A stretch of DNA of 63,585 bases, from contig CAZASJ010000009.1 in NCBI GenBank assembly GCA_964487735.1, forward strand, positions 388-63,972. The letters are read 5' to 3'. How positions within the stretch are numbered: the stretch's first letter is position 1; every line of letters starts with the position of its first letter. The notes under the pieces are model-generated. The model saw nothing but the letters and a program-made list of their open reading frames with translations. It had not been told where the DNA came from and did no database searches. Made by a program: the position numbers and the translations under genes. This DNA is from an uncultured Bacteroidales bacterium. Its GTDB lineage: Bacteria > Bacteroidota > Bacteroidia > Bacteroidales > B18-G4. This document shows positions 39,883 through 49,498 of this stretch, in pieces.

Positions 39883-40968
39883 ATGAAAAGCTTTTTCAGA
39901 ATCTTTGTTATCGTGATCGTAGTAGGAATCTTTGGTTTCACGATTTATTACCTGTATGGAAAATCACAGAATACCCCGGTTATTTATGAGACCACAACGG
40001 CCTTTGTAACGCCAAATATCATTAAGAAAACGGTTGCAACAGGTTCGGTGAATCCCCGAAAAGAGATTGACATCACACCCAAAGTGTCTGGTATTATTGA
40101 AGATCTCTACGTTGAGCCTGGGCAAATGGTCAGCCAGGGAGATGTGATTGCCAAGATCAAAATCATCCCAAACATGCTAAGCCTGAACAATGCTGAATCT
40201 AGATTAAATCGGGCAGAAATATCCCTTGAAAATGCCAAAAGAAAGTTCGATAGAAGAAAAGAGCTTTTTACCGATAACGTGATTCCGGCTGCTGAATTCG
40301 AACAGTATGAACTTGAATACGATAACGCCCTTGAGGAGCTCTCATCAGCCCGGAATAACCTTGAACTGATCCAGGAAGGCCAGACCAAGCAAACAGGTAC
40401 GAGCACAAATACGCTGGTCCGTTCTACAATAGCCGGAATGGTGCTTGATGTTCCGGTAGAACAGGGCAATTCTGTTATTGAGAGCAATACCTTTAATGCA
40501 GGCACCACCATCGCTACCATCGCTGATATGAAGGAAATGATCTTTGAGGGGAAAATTGATGAAACCGAGGTTGGAAAAATCAATGAAGGCATGCCGCTCA
40601 TACTCCAGATCGGGGCCATTGAAGACATGAGGTTTGAAGCCATTCTTGAGCACATTTCCCCAAAAGGAGTGGAAGAAAATGGAGCCATACAGTTTGAGAT
40701 AAAGGCAGATGTAAAGTTGAAGAATGATCAGTTCATCAGGGCCGGATACAGCGCCAATGCAGATATTGTCCTGGCACGGGTCGACAGTGTTCTGGCACTT
40801 CCCGAAAGTGTGATTCAATTTGAAGATGATACTTCATTTGTGGAGGTAGAAACCGATCCTCAGGTCTTTATCAGAAAAAATATTGAACTCGGATTATCCG
40901 ATGGTATTCATATAGAGGTCATTTCCGGAATCACTGAAGATGATAAGATCAAGGTTCCGCTCAGGTAG
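39883..40968 (+). CDS. Efflux periplasmic adaptor subunit (MacA/HlyD family)
   Basis: N-terminal anchor, VATGSV, lipoyl-like KVSGII...GDVIA, alpha-hairpin, GLSDG. Confidence 0.92.
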   Translation: MKSFFRIFVIVIVVGIFGFTIYYLYGKSQNTPVIYETTTAFVTPNIIKKTVATGSVNPRKEIDITPKVSGIIEDLYVEPGQMVSQGDVIAKIKIIPNMLSLNNAESRLNRAEISLENAKRKFDRRKELFTDNVIPAAEFEQYELEYDNALEELSSARNNLELIQEGQTKQTGTSTNTLVRSTIAGMVLDVPVEQGNSVIESNTFNAGTTIATIADMKEMIFEGKIDETEVGKINEGMPLILQIGAIEDMRFEAILEHISPKGVEENGAIQFEIKADVKLKNDQFIRAGYSANADIVLARVDSVLALPESVIQFEDDTSFVEVETDPQVFIRKNIELGLSDGIHIEVISGITEDDKIKVPLR

Positions 40969-41081
40969 GTATTCTGAATGCATAACGAAAACGGCTCTCG
41001 TCTTTTATTGGTGGATTCATTAAATGTTGTTAATAAATATTCTTAATTTCGCAATATTAAGAATCCTTCTAAACCTCTAGC

Positions 41082-42776
41082 ATGAAAACCAAAATTTTCT
41101 TCTTATCACTCATTATTGCACTGGGTGCAATTGCTTTTTCCTGTCAGCAAAAAACAGAGAAAAAGAAATACAACGACACACAAAGCATTATCCCTGCCGA
41201 GATAGCTATCAATGCCTCTTCACAGGATTATGTTAACGAACGGCTGGCAATTTATGCCCCCTTCGAACTATCTGCTGATCTATCCCAATTATCTGAAAAC
41301 GAAGTTAAGATCATTGGTATTTGTTATGAAGTAGCCAGAATTATGGATGGCCTCTTCTGGAGACAAACCATCGGAGGTAAAGCAGAATTTATTTCCGGTA
41401 TTACCAACGATAACACCAGGAAGTTTGCAAAGATCAATTATGGCCCCTGGGACCGACTTAACAATAACAAGCCATTTATCGAAGGTGTTGGAGAGAAGCC
41501 AAAAGGAGCGAACTTTTATCCTGTTGATATGACAAAGGATGAATTTGATGCCTTTGACGATCCCAACAAAACCAGCCTGTATACCCTCATCCGTAGAGAT
41601 GAAAACGGATCTCTGATCTCAGTATGGTACCACCAGGCTTATGCCAAAGAGCTCCAGCAAGCATCTGAACTTCTCAAAGAAGCAGCCACTCTTGCAGAAG
41701 ATCCCGGCCTTAAAAAATATCTTGAACTGCGTGCCGAAGCCCTGATCACCGACGACTACCAGGCGAGTGATTTTGCTTGGATGGAAATGCAAAATACAAA
41801 TATCGACTTCGTTGTAGGTGCCATAGAAAACTATGAAGATGCCCTTTATGGATACAAGGCAGCTTACGAATCATTTATCCTCCTGAAGGACATTGCATGG
41901 AGTCAGAAACTTGAAAAGTTCGCATCCATGCTTCCCGGCCTTCAAAAAGGCCTTCCCGTAGCTGATGAATACAAACAAGATGTCCCCGGAAGCAAAGCAG
42001 ATATGAATGCATATGATGTTATCTTTTATGCCGGCGACTGTAATGCAGGAAGCAAAACCATTGCCATCAATCTTCCAAATGATGAAGAAGTACATATGAA
42101 ATATGGCTCAAGGAAGCTACAACTTAAAAATTCCATGAAAGCCAAATTTGACAAGATCCTTGTCCCTATATCAGATCTGCTTATCGATCCCGAACAACGC
42201 AAGTATATAACCTTCACTGCCTTTTTCGAGAACACCATGTTCCATGAAGTAGGACATGCCATGGGCATTAAGGAAACTATAAATGGAAAAGGAACGGTAA
42301 GGGAAGCCCTGAAAGAGCAATATTCAGCAATTGAAGAAGGTAAAGCCGATATTATGGGACTCTATCTTGTAACCAGGCTTTATGAAATGGGAGAACTTAC
42401 CGAAGGAGAAGTGATGGATAACTATGTTACTTTCTTCGCCGGTATTTTCCGTTCCAGCCGTTTCGGTGCTGCCAGCTCACATGGCAAAGCCAACATGATG
42501 CGATTCAATTATTTTGAAGAACAAGAAGCTTTTACACGCAATGATGATGGAACCTATACTGTTCATTTTGATAAGATGCAGGCAGCCATGAACAGCATTA
42601 TGGAAAAGATCCTTATAATACAGGGCAATGGCGACTATGATGCGGCCAGCGCATGGGTGGAAGAAGCAGCCATCATTCCCACCCAGCTACAGGAAGACCT
42701 TGATCGTCTAAACAGCTCAAACATCCCTGTTGACATCATTTTCAAGCAGGGTCCCGCTATGGTAGGATTAAAATAA
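41082..42776 (+). CDS. Lipoprotein zinc peptidase, M49 (dipeptidyl-peptidase III-like, HEXXH type)
   Basis: Lipobox-like AFSC; GPWDRL; IAINLPND; HEVGH; EEGKAD. Confidence 0.85.
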   Translation: MKTKIFFLSLIIALGAIAFSCQQKTEKKKYNDTQSIIPAEIAINASSQDYVNERLAIYAPFELSADLSQLSENEVKIIGICYEVARIMDGLFWRQTIGGKAEFISGITNDNTRKFAKINYGPWDRLNNNKPFIEGVGEKPKGANFYPVDMTKDEFDAFDDPNKTSLYTLIRRDENGSLISVWYHQAYAKELQQASELLKEAATLAEDPGLKKYLELRAEALITDDYQASDFAWMEMQNTNIDFVVGAIENYEDALYGYKAAYESFILLKDIAWSQKLEKFASMLPGLQKGLPVADEYKQDVPGSKADMNAYDVIFYAGDCNAGSKTIAINLPNDEEVHMKYGSRKLQLKNSMKAKFDKILVPISDLLIDPEQRKYITFTAFFENTMFHEVGHAMGIKETINGKGTVREALKEQYSAIEEGKADIMGLYLVTRLYEMGELTEGEVMDNYVTFFAGIFRSSRFGAASSHGKANMMRFNYFEEQEAFTRNDDGTYTVHFDKMQAAMNSIMEKILIIQGNGDYDAASAWVEEAAIIPTQLQEDLDRLNSSNIPVDIIFKQGPAMVGLK

Positions 42777-42804
42777 CCAAGTATAAATTTAACTAGAATT
42801 AAAC

Positions 42805-45060
42805 ATGAAAAAACTATTGCTATCCCTGTTTGCAGCCCTTTTATTTGGAGGCGCTGCTACAGCATATGAACCGCCTGATGAAGGAATGTGGCTTCCAATG
42901 TTCGTTGAGAGGCTGAATTTTGTTGATATGCAGAAAATGGGCCTTCAGCTTACTGCCGAGGAGATCTACAGTATAAACAATTCAAGTCTGAAAGATGCCA
43001 TTGTTGGGCTTTCAGGAGGTGGAGTAGGGGGTTTCTTTTGTACCGGAGAGATCGTTTCCGATAAAGGCCTCTTATTCACAAATCATCACTGTGGTTTTGA
43101 CAAAATACAGTCGCACAGTACCATTGAACATGATTATCTAAAGGATGGCTTCTGGGCAATGAGCCTTGAGGAGGAACTTCCCAACGAAGGCCTGGCAGCA
43201 TCATTTCTTGTAAGGATGGAAGATGTTACCGACAGCATCATTCCATTTCTTTCAGATACCATGAATGAGGCAAGTCGTTCTGGTGAAATAAGAAAAATCA
43301 GAAACAGGCTGGCAAAGAATGCTGAAGAAGATGGCAAATATGCTGCCCGGGTTTCTTCATTCTTTGGTGGTAATGAATATTACCTTTTCGTTTATACCGT
43401 ATACAAAGATGTACGCCTTGTTGGAGCTCCTCCTTCATCCATTGGAAAATATGGTGGCGACACCGATAACTGGATGTGGCCACGCCATACAGGAGACTTC
43501 TCAATTTTTCGTGTTTATACAGGCCCCGAAGGGGAATCTGCTGAATATTCAAAAGAAAATATTCCTCTGAAGCCTGCACACCATCTTCCTGTATCCGTGG
43601 ATGGCTATGAAGAAGGCGATTTTGCTATGGTCTGGGGATATCCCGGTGGTACAGAACGCTTCCTTACATCCTACGGAATTCAGTTTAAACTTGATGCATA
43701 TCTTCCTGACCTGGTAGAGATCCTGGGAGCCCAACTGGATGCTTGGAGAGCCCATATGGATGCAAATCAAGCTGTACGAATTCAATATGCCTCAAAATAT
43801 GCACAAACAGCAAATGGCTGGAAACTTTTCCAGGGCCAGATCCGCGGTTTGAAAAGATTAAAAGTAGCTGAGAAAAAACAAAAGATTGAAACAGATTTTC
43901 AAGCCTGGGTGAACCAAAATCCTGAAAGAAAAGAAAAGTATGGGGAGGTATTGACAAATATTGAAGCCGGATATAAAACCCTCACGGCCGACTTCCCGCT
44001 TTTGATCTATACTGCTCTGGCCGGAAACGGACCGGAAATTTTTGGTTATGCCAGCCAGTACGGGCAATTGCTTGAAATGCTGGAATCAAAGTCAGATCAA
44101 GTTGTGATCGATGAAACCATTACCGGATTACAGGCAGGTATGGAAAGTCATTTCAAAGACTATTACGCTCCTGCCGATATGGATGCCCTTGCGGGACTGA
44201 TGGAAGTTTACAACAAAAACGTAGCTGCCGAAAATCAACCGGAATACTTCCGCGAACTGGTGGAAGATTTTGATGGTAATTTTACTGCTTTGGCAGAATA
44301 TGTTTTCAATACCTCCATATTCGAAAGCCAGGATCAGATCAATGATTTTCTTGAAAAACCAAAAGCCAAGACTATTGCAAAGGATCCTGCCTACAAACTT
44401 GCTACCGGATTTATGGGTATGATGGGTCAGGTAATGGGTCAATATCGCGAAGCGAATGCAACGATTGCAAAATACGATCGACTGTTTATTGCCGGCCTGC
44501 GAGAGATGCACCCGGATAAGGTTTATTACCCTGATGCAAACTCAACAATGCGTATGAGTTATGGGTCGGTTCAGGATTATATGGCAGCCGATGCTATTTA
44601 CTATGATTATTATACAACCCTTGCGGGGGTAATGGAAAAAGAAGATCCATCCAATGATGAGTTTATTGTTGAGGAAGACCTGAAAAAGCTTTTTGAAAAT
44701 AAAGACTTTGGTCGTTATGGACAGATCATCGACGGTCAAAAGAAAATGGTAGTTTGTTTCCTTACTACCAACGACATCACAGGCGGAAACTCAGGAAGCC
44801 CCGTAATCAATGGCAATGGTGAACTTATTGGTATTGCATTTGATGGCAACTGGGAAGCCATGAGCGGTGATATCGCTTTTGAACCGGAATTGCAACGTAC
44901 CATCAATGTAGATATCAGGTATGTCCTTTTTATCATTGATAAAATGGCAGGTGCTCAAAACCTGATCGATGAGCTTACAATCGTTGACAAGCCCAATCCT
45001 AAAATGGTGAAAACAATAAATGTTGAAACCAAAACGGTCACAGAAAAAGCGATTAACTAA
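42805..45060 (+). CDS. S46 family dipeptidyl-peptidase, DPP7-like
   Basis: DEGMW, TNHHC, NWMWPRHTGDF, TGGNSGSPV, FDGNWEAMSGD. Confidence 0.93.
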   Translation: MKKLLLSLFAALLFGGAATAYEPPDEGMWLPMFVERLNFVDMQKMGLQLTAEEIYSINNSSLKDAIVGLSGGGVGGFFCTGEIVSDKGLLFTNHHCGFDKIQSHSTIEHDYLKDGFWAMSLEEELPNEGLAASFLVRMEDVTDSIIPFLSDTMNEASRSGEIRKIRNRLAKNAEEDGKYAARVSSFFGGNEYYLFVYTVYKDVRLVGAPPSSIGKYGGDTDNWMWPRHTGDFSIFRVYTGPEGESAEYSKENIPLKPAHHLPVSVDGYEEGDFAMVWGYPGGTERFLTSYGIQFKLDAYLPDLVEILGAQLDAWRAHMDANQAVRIQYASKYAQTANGWKLFQGQIRGLKRLKVAEKKQKIETDFQAWVNQNPERKEKYGEVLTNIEAGYKTLTADFPLLIYTALAGNGPEIFGYASQYGQLLEMLESKSDQVVIDETITGLQAGMESHFKDYYAPADMDALAGLMEVYNKNVAAENQPEYFRELVEDFDGNFTALAEYVFNTSIFESQDQINDFLEKPKAKTIAKDPAYKLATGFMGMMGQVMGQYREANATIAKYDRLFIAGLREMHPDKVYYPDANSTMRMSYGSVQDYMAADAIYYDYYTTLAGVMEKEDPSNDEFIVEEDLKKLFENKDFGRYGQIIDGQKKMVVCFLTTNDITGGNSGSPVINGNGELIGIAFDGNWEAMSGDIAFEPELQRTINVDIRYVLFIIDKMAGAQNLIDELTIVDKPNPKMVKTINVETKTVTEKAIN

Positions 45061-45080
45061 GCTGAAAATGTTACAAGAAG

Positions 45081-45113
45081 GGGCTTTTGCAATATTGCAA
45101 AAGCCCTTTTTTT
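45081..45113. terminator. Bidirectional terminator between convergent genes
   Basis: Perfect 26-bp palindrome GGGCTTTTGCAATATTGCAAAAGCCC followed by a T-run. Confidence 0.88.
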
Positions 45114-47832
45114 ATTGGTGTATTATCTTCTGTGTGTAGGATTTCTTTCCATCTGTTAATGTTAGCAGATAGGTTCCTGCGGAAAGATGAGCGGTACCAA
45201 TTACATGATTTTGATCACTTCCTTTGAGTGATTCCCGGATCAATACCTTGCCGTTAATATCTGATATCGTAAGATCAATATTTTGTAGATCTTGCTCACC
45301 TAACATGATATTGAGCCTGTCGCTTACAGGGTTTGGCCATATATTCTGAACAGCCAGTTCATCCAATTCTCCAATGGAAACCCATGGATCGGATATCCAA
45401 CTTGTGGTATATAACCCACGTCCGTGTGTGGCTGCCAGAACGGTGTTATCAGAAGTTCTCAGCTGCAACATATCAACTCTCACATTGGCCATACCACTTA
45501 CATCCGGGAACCACTGCGGATCTGCCAGGTGCAGGTGATTACAGGTCCATACTCCCAGTTCAGTTGCCAGCATGGCTTGTTTGGCATCCTCCGGATGATA
45601 AATGGCCCAGCGAACAGGCATGTCAGGAAGATTTCCTTCAATGCTTGTCCAGTTGTCGCCACCATCATAGGTCTGCCAAACCGAGTTAACTCCATAATTA
45701 TAAAATGTGACCATAAGGGTGTCTTCCGAGCCACCAATAGCAACACAGGAAACAGAGGCAACCGGGAAATCAGGACCGGTTATATCTGTAACAACAGGGA
45801 AAGTCTCAGCATTTTCAACCTTATAAACATTTCCGGTCTGGCCCCCCACAAAGAGGGTAGTGGTACCCTCCGCTGAATAGGACGAATACTTTAGATGTGT
45901 GAATGCATTTGTTTCACCAGTTCCCAGGTTAACAAACATCTCCCAGGGATTATTTGGTATGGTGGATATCCTCAGCAACTGATCGGCCCTGTAACCCCAA
46001 AAGTTACATGCATTGGCGTATAATTTATTTAATTTGTAATCATAATCAGCCGGACAAATAAATGTTCCACTGTTTTCTCCGGCACCCTGGTATGGATTGC
46101 CATTTACAAATACAGTATAGCGGTTATAATAGTACGAAGTAATAAATATTTCAGGCTCATCGGCATCCCAGAAGCATCCGGCTCCGTCACCACCGTCAAC
46201 CATGTCATTTATATCAAGCGGATCTCCCTGGAAATAAAGGGTTCCATTGTCTTGAAGTCCACCAATATATTCATCTGACCCGGCAAGAGGGTTAATGGCA
46301 CATGTATAAAATTGCAGCGTGCTGAAATTATTGTTTTTTTCTTCAAAAACAGGATTGCTGGAACTTGCATTGGCTGTATAAAAAATACCTCCGTCACTCC
46401 CAAAAAGCATCTCATCAACGGAGCCTGGTTTATATAACTGCACATGTTGGTCAGCATGAACATAATCATCGCCACCACCCCAATACATTAAGCCCCAATC
46501 TGATTGATGTAACCATGAATTTCCGCCATTCATTGTTGACCAAACATCCAGTCCACCGGCATAAATATGATCCGGATCGGAAGGATCCACGGCACAGGTA
46601 AGCGCATGCCATGCAAGTGTTGCATAATCATTGTCAGGAATATTGATTGGCTGCCAATTTTGGCCCCTGTCAGTCGTTTTATAAATATAGCGGCTCTTGT
46701 AATAAACAAAGCCATCCTCATAACCCACAGCAAAGTGTGCATATACGATGTTTTCGTCGGAAGGAGCTATGGCCAGTATCACACGTCCCGGGATATTAAA
46801 AGTAGTCTGATTTTCAATCAACGTTTTTACATTCTCGTAGAGCGTCCATGATCCGCTTGTCCCAAGATCAGAATATAAAATGCTTGCTCCACCTTCCAAA
46901 TCAGGGGTTTCCATACTTCCAACATAAATACGGCCATCGGATTGTATCTTAATATCAGATACGGCATATGGTTCTGACAGTCCGGGGATATCAGGAAGCA
47001 CCTGTTCCCAGTTCACACCTCCATCGGTCGATCTGAAAAGCCCGTTCGAAGGGCCACTCTGTTGGCTTGCCCCATGATAAAAACCAGATGCAACTCCGGC
47101 ATATATAACACTGTTGCCTCCTTCATTCCTCACCTGTATATCAGTAACATACTTAAATGTTTCGGTTGCCGGCAAAAAGTCCCAGCTGGCACCTCCGTCA
47201 GTTGATTTCAAAATTCCCATACCTATACCTGACGACTCCCGGTAAATAACCCGGGCCGTTTCAGCCTCTCCTGTTCCGGCATAAAAGATCATGGTGTTGT
47301 TTGGGTCGTGAACAAGACAGCTGATGGACAGGTTTGGCATAAAATCATCTACTGCAACCCAGCTGCTGGCATCATCCACAATATTATCGTTATACCACAA
47401 ACCTCCTGTAACAGATCCTGCCCATACCTTGTTTCCTGATGCAACATTCGGATCATACATAATGGCCCTGGTCCTTCCACCCATGTTCGAACCTGCTGTT
47501 GACCAGAACAATGCATTGCTTTCGCGCAAGCCATTATACTGTATTTGCCTGCTTTGATCCCAGGCAGTTTTCAATCGCTCCGAGGGTACGGCTTTAAGGG
47601 CCGGATCCATGATATTAAAATAATTCTGGATGGCTGCCAGGTCTGGCCTGTCGGGCCGATTATCGCCTTCTTGCTCGCCAACATTGCTTTCAGGTATTTC
47701 CGAAAATGCATCCAAAAGATATTCCCCATATTCAGCACGGGGATCTGAATTATAATTTTCCCCAAGAATGACAATCAGGGTAAATGCAAATACCAGGGAA
47801 AGAGCGGATAATAAGTAGTCTATTTTTTTCAT
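45112..47832 (-). CDS. T9SS-secreted BNR/Asp-box beta-propeller protein
   Basis: Repeated STDGGxxW Asp-boxes, GGRTRAI, GGLQDNG, ATHGRG, CTD WPNP...GTYLL...KIIH; start set at MKKID. Confidence 0.85.
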   Translation of the reverse strand: MKKIDYLLSALSLVFAFTLIVILGENYNSDPRAEYGEYLLDAFSEIPESNVGEQEGDNRPDRPDLAAIQNYFNIMDPALKAVPSERLKTAWDQSRQIQYNGLRESNALFWSTAGSNMGGRTRAIMYDPNVASGNKVWAGSVTGGLWYNDNIVDDASSWVAVDDFMPNLSISCLVHDPNNTMIFYAGTGEAETARVIYRESSGIGMGILKSTDGGASWDFLPATETFKYVTDIQVRNEGGNSVIYAGVASGFYHGASQQSGPSNGLFRSTDGGVNWEQVLPDIPGLSEPYAVSDIKIQSDGRIYVGSMETPDLEGGASILYSDLGTSGSWTLYENVKTLIENQTTFNIPGRVILAIAPSDENIVYAHFAVGYEDGFVYYKSRYIYKTTDRGQNWQPINIPDNDYATLAWHALTCAVDPSDPDHIYAGGLDVWSTMNGGNSWLHQSDWGLMYWGGGDDYVHADQHVQLYKPGSVDEMLFGSDGGIFYTANASSSNPVFEEKNNNFSTLQFYTCAINPLAGSDEYIGGLQDNGTLYFQGDPLDINDMVDGGDGAGCFWDADEPEIFITSYYYNRYTVFVNGNPYQGAGENSGTFICPADYDYKLNKLYANACNFWGYRADQLLRISTIPNNPWEMFVNLGTGETNAFTHLKYSSYSAEGTTTLFVGGQTGNVYKVENAETFPVVTDITGPDFPVASVSCVAIGGSEDTLMVTFYNYGVNSVWQTYDGGDNWTSIEGNLPDMPVRWAIYHPEDAKQAMLATELGVWTCNHLHLADPQWFPDVSGMANVRVDMLQLRTSDNTVLAATHGRGLYTTSWISDPWVSIGELDELAVQNIWPNPVSDRLNIMLGEQDLQNIDLTISDINGKVLIRESLKGSDQNHVIGTAHLSAGTYLLTLTDGKKSYTQKIIHQ

Positions 47833-47921
47833 GGTTTTGGTTTTTGAAAAAACAAATGTATTGATGTCTGACTTGCCAGCCAAGTTAAGCAGTAAATATT
47901 ATTTATGCACACAACCATCAA

Positions 47922-47953
47922 CAAAATAGCCGGCTGGGTAAACAACCGGCTAT
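47922..47953 (-). terminator. Putative terminator downstream of 48068-48280
   Basis: ATAGCCGG...CCGGCTAT stem, then TTTT on the minus strand. Confidence 0.55.
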
Positions 47954-48067
47954 ACCAATCCAACAGTTTATGAATAATTCTTCAAATGAGTTATCCGCCA
48001 TATACCCTAATAGATGCATATCGGGTTAGCGGACCTTTGATTTAATTATAAACGATTCCGTTTTCTG

Positions 48068-48280
48068 TTATTCCTTTCCTGCAATCACAAAAAGAGTGCA
48101 AAAAATGGCAAGCAAATTAAAAGGTACGGAGGCATAAAAGTAATTCCAGAAATTGGCAACATTCAGAAAGCTTGAACCATTGAACATCCACACAAAGTAT
48201 CCTATAACACCCAGAAATACCAATATCATGGCAATGGCGCCAAAGATCATTCCGAAATACTTAGCAAGTTTTGTACACAT
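48068..48280 (-). CDS. Small two-TM hypothetical protein
   Basis: 70 aa, two hydrophobic helices, starts 10 nt after the upstream stop. Confidence 0.65.
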   Translation of the reverse strand: MCTKLAKYFGMIFGAIAMILVFLGVIGYFVWMFNGSSFLNVANFWNYFYASVPFNLLAIFCTLFVIAGKE

Positions 48281-48290
48281 TGGCTATAAA

Positions 48291-49343
48291 TTATAGTTTT
48301 AATATTTTGTTGGTTACAACATTGTTGCCCGTCCTGGCTTTTAGAATATACAATCCGGCAGGAAGGTCTCCCAAATTCAGTTTAATATTTGAACTATTTG
48401 TGTTTTCATGGCGGACCATTTGCCCCTGGTTGTTATAAATCATAATTTCATCCATGATCTGGATCATGCCTATTTCAACAAAATCAGAAACAGGGTTTGG
48501 TTTAATCAGCATGTTTACATCACTGGGAGTCATTTCGCTTAAACCTGTGGCACCATACATCAGCCAGTCCACGATCTTGTTCATAAAAATACCACGAACC
48601 ATGGTATCTTTTACAGAAGCGATGTCTATTGTTGAAAATACTGACCTGAAATAAGGTGTTTCATATTGAACAGCGGCCGGACCTGCGGATACATAAGGCA
48701 TTTGAATAGACAATAGGGGGTCGCCTAAGTACTGAGCAATGCTGTCACCATATAAACCATCATCTGTTGGGGAAGTAAAGATGTCATAAACAGAAAATTC
48801 CATCCCCTCAGCAAGAGAGCCCGGGGCTCCAATAAACTGTGCAGAATCAGCAATCGCGCTAGGGTCTTCGGGCTCTATGTGATATACATCCTGAATAACC
48901 TCCACAACGCCAAGTTGGTCGTAGGGAAATTCTCCTTCACTGAATGTTCCATAACTTGTATACCAGTCATAAAGATAATCCTGTGCATTCAGGAACAGTT
49001 TTCCTCCTCCAACGCTCATAAAAAGCAACAGGTTGAATTCATCATCAGGACCCATGGTTTCACCTCCGGTCCATGCTTCGCCGGTAAACCAGATTACCAC
49101 ATCATATTCACCCATGACCGTAGCGTCAGGGCCATTATCAGCAGGATCCATCACTTCGTAATAATCGTAGGTATATCCTGCAATATTCAAGGCAGAGGAT
49201 ATCATTGGCCAGGTATCTGAGTATGTACCGCTTGTATCTCCGAAATCGCGGTCAACGCACAAAATAGTTTGTGCATTAAGTTGGCTGATCATAAATAAAA
49301 GCAATACAGCCAAAACTGAATAAATGCGTAAAAATGTTTTCAT
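48291..49343 (-). CDS. T9SS-secreted hypothetical protein with flavodoxin/GATase-like domain
   Basis: Signal peptide ending AQ; ILCVDRD...YDVVIWFTG...GGKLFLNAQD; CTD KPNP...GLYILK...KILK. Confidence 0.8.
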   Translation of the reverse strand: MKTFLRIYSVLAVLLLFMISQLNAQTILCVDRDFGDTSGTYSDTWPMISSALNIAGYTYDYYEVMDPADNGPDATVMGEYDVVIWFTGEAWTGGETMGPDDEFNLLLFMSVGGGKLFLNAQDYLYDWYTSYGTFSEGEFPYDQLGVVEVIQDVYHIEPEDPSAIADSAQFIGAPGSLAEGMEFSVYDIFTSPTDDGLYGDSIAQYLGDPLLSIQMPYVSAGPAAVQYETPYFRSVFSTIDIASVKDTMVRGIFMNKIVDWLMYGATGLSEMTPSDVNMLIKPNPVSDFVEIGMIQIMDEIMIYNNQGQMVRHENTNSSNIKLNLGDLPAGLYILKARTGNNVVTNKILKL

Positions 49344-49498
49344 AATTAATTGGGTTAGTTTAGATTCTTTTGCCCTAAAAATATTAAATTTTATTCAAAA
49401 ATGCAATCTTTATTGTACTTCAAAATACCTGAAGGCCTGCTTTTACTTTGTTTTAGCCACCATCTTTTATAAATTTACCAACTGTTAAACCTATTTTT

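Noticed and set aside
38734-40818. Long antisense ORFs of 157-214 aa over the ABC operon
   Set aside because: They fully overlap well-supported genes and show no family motifs.
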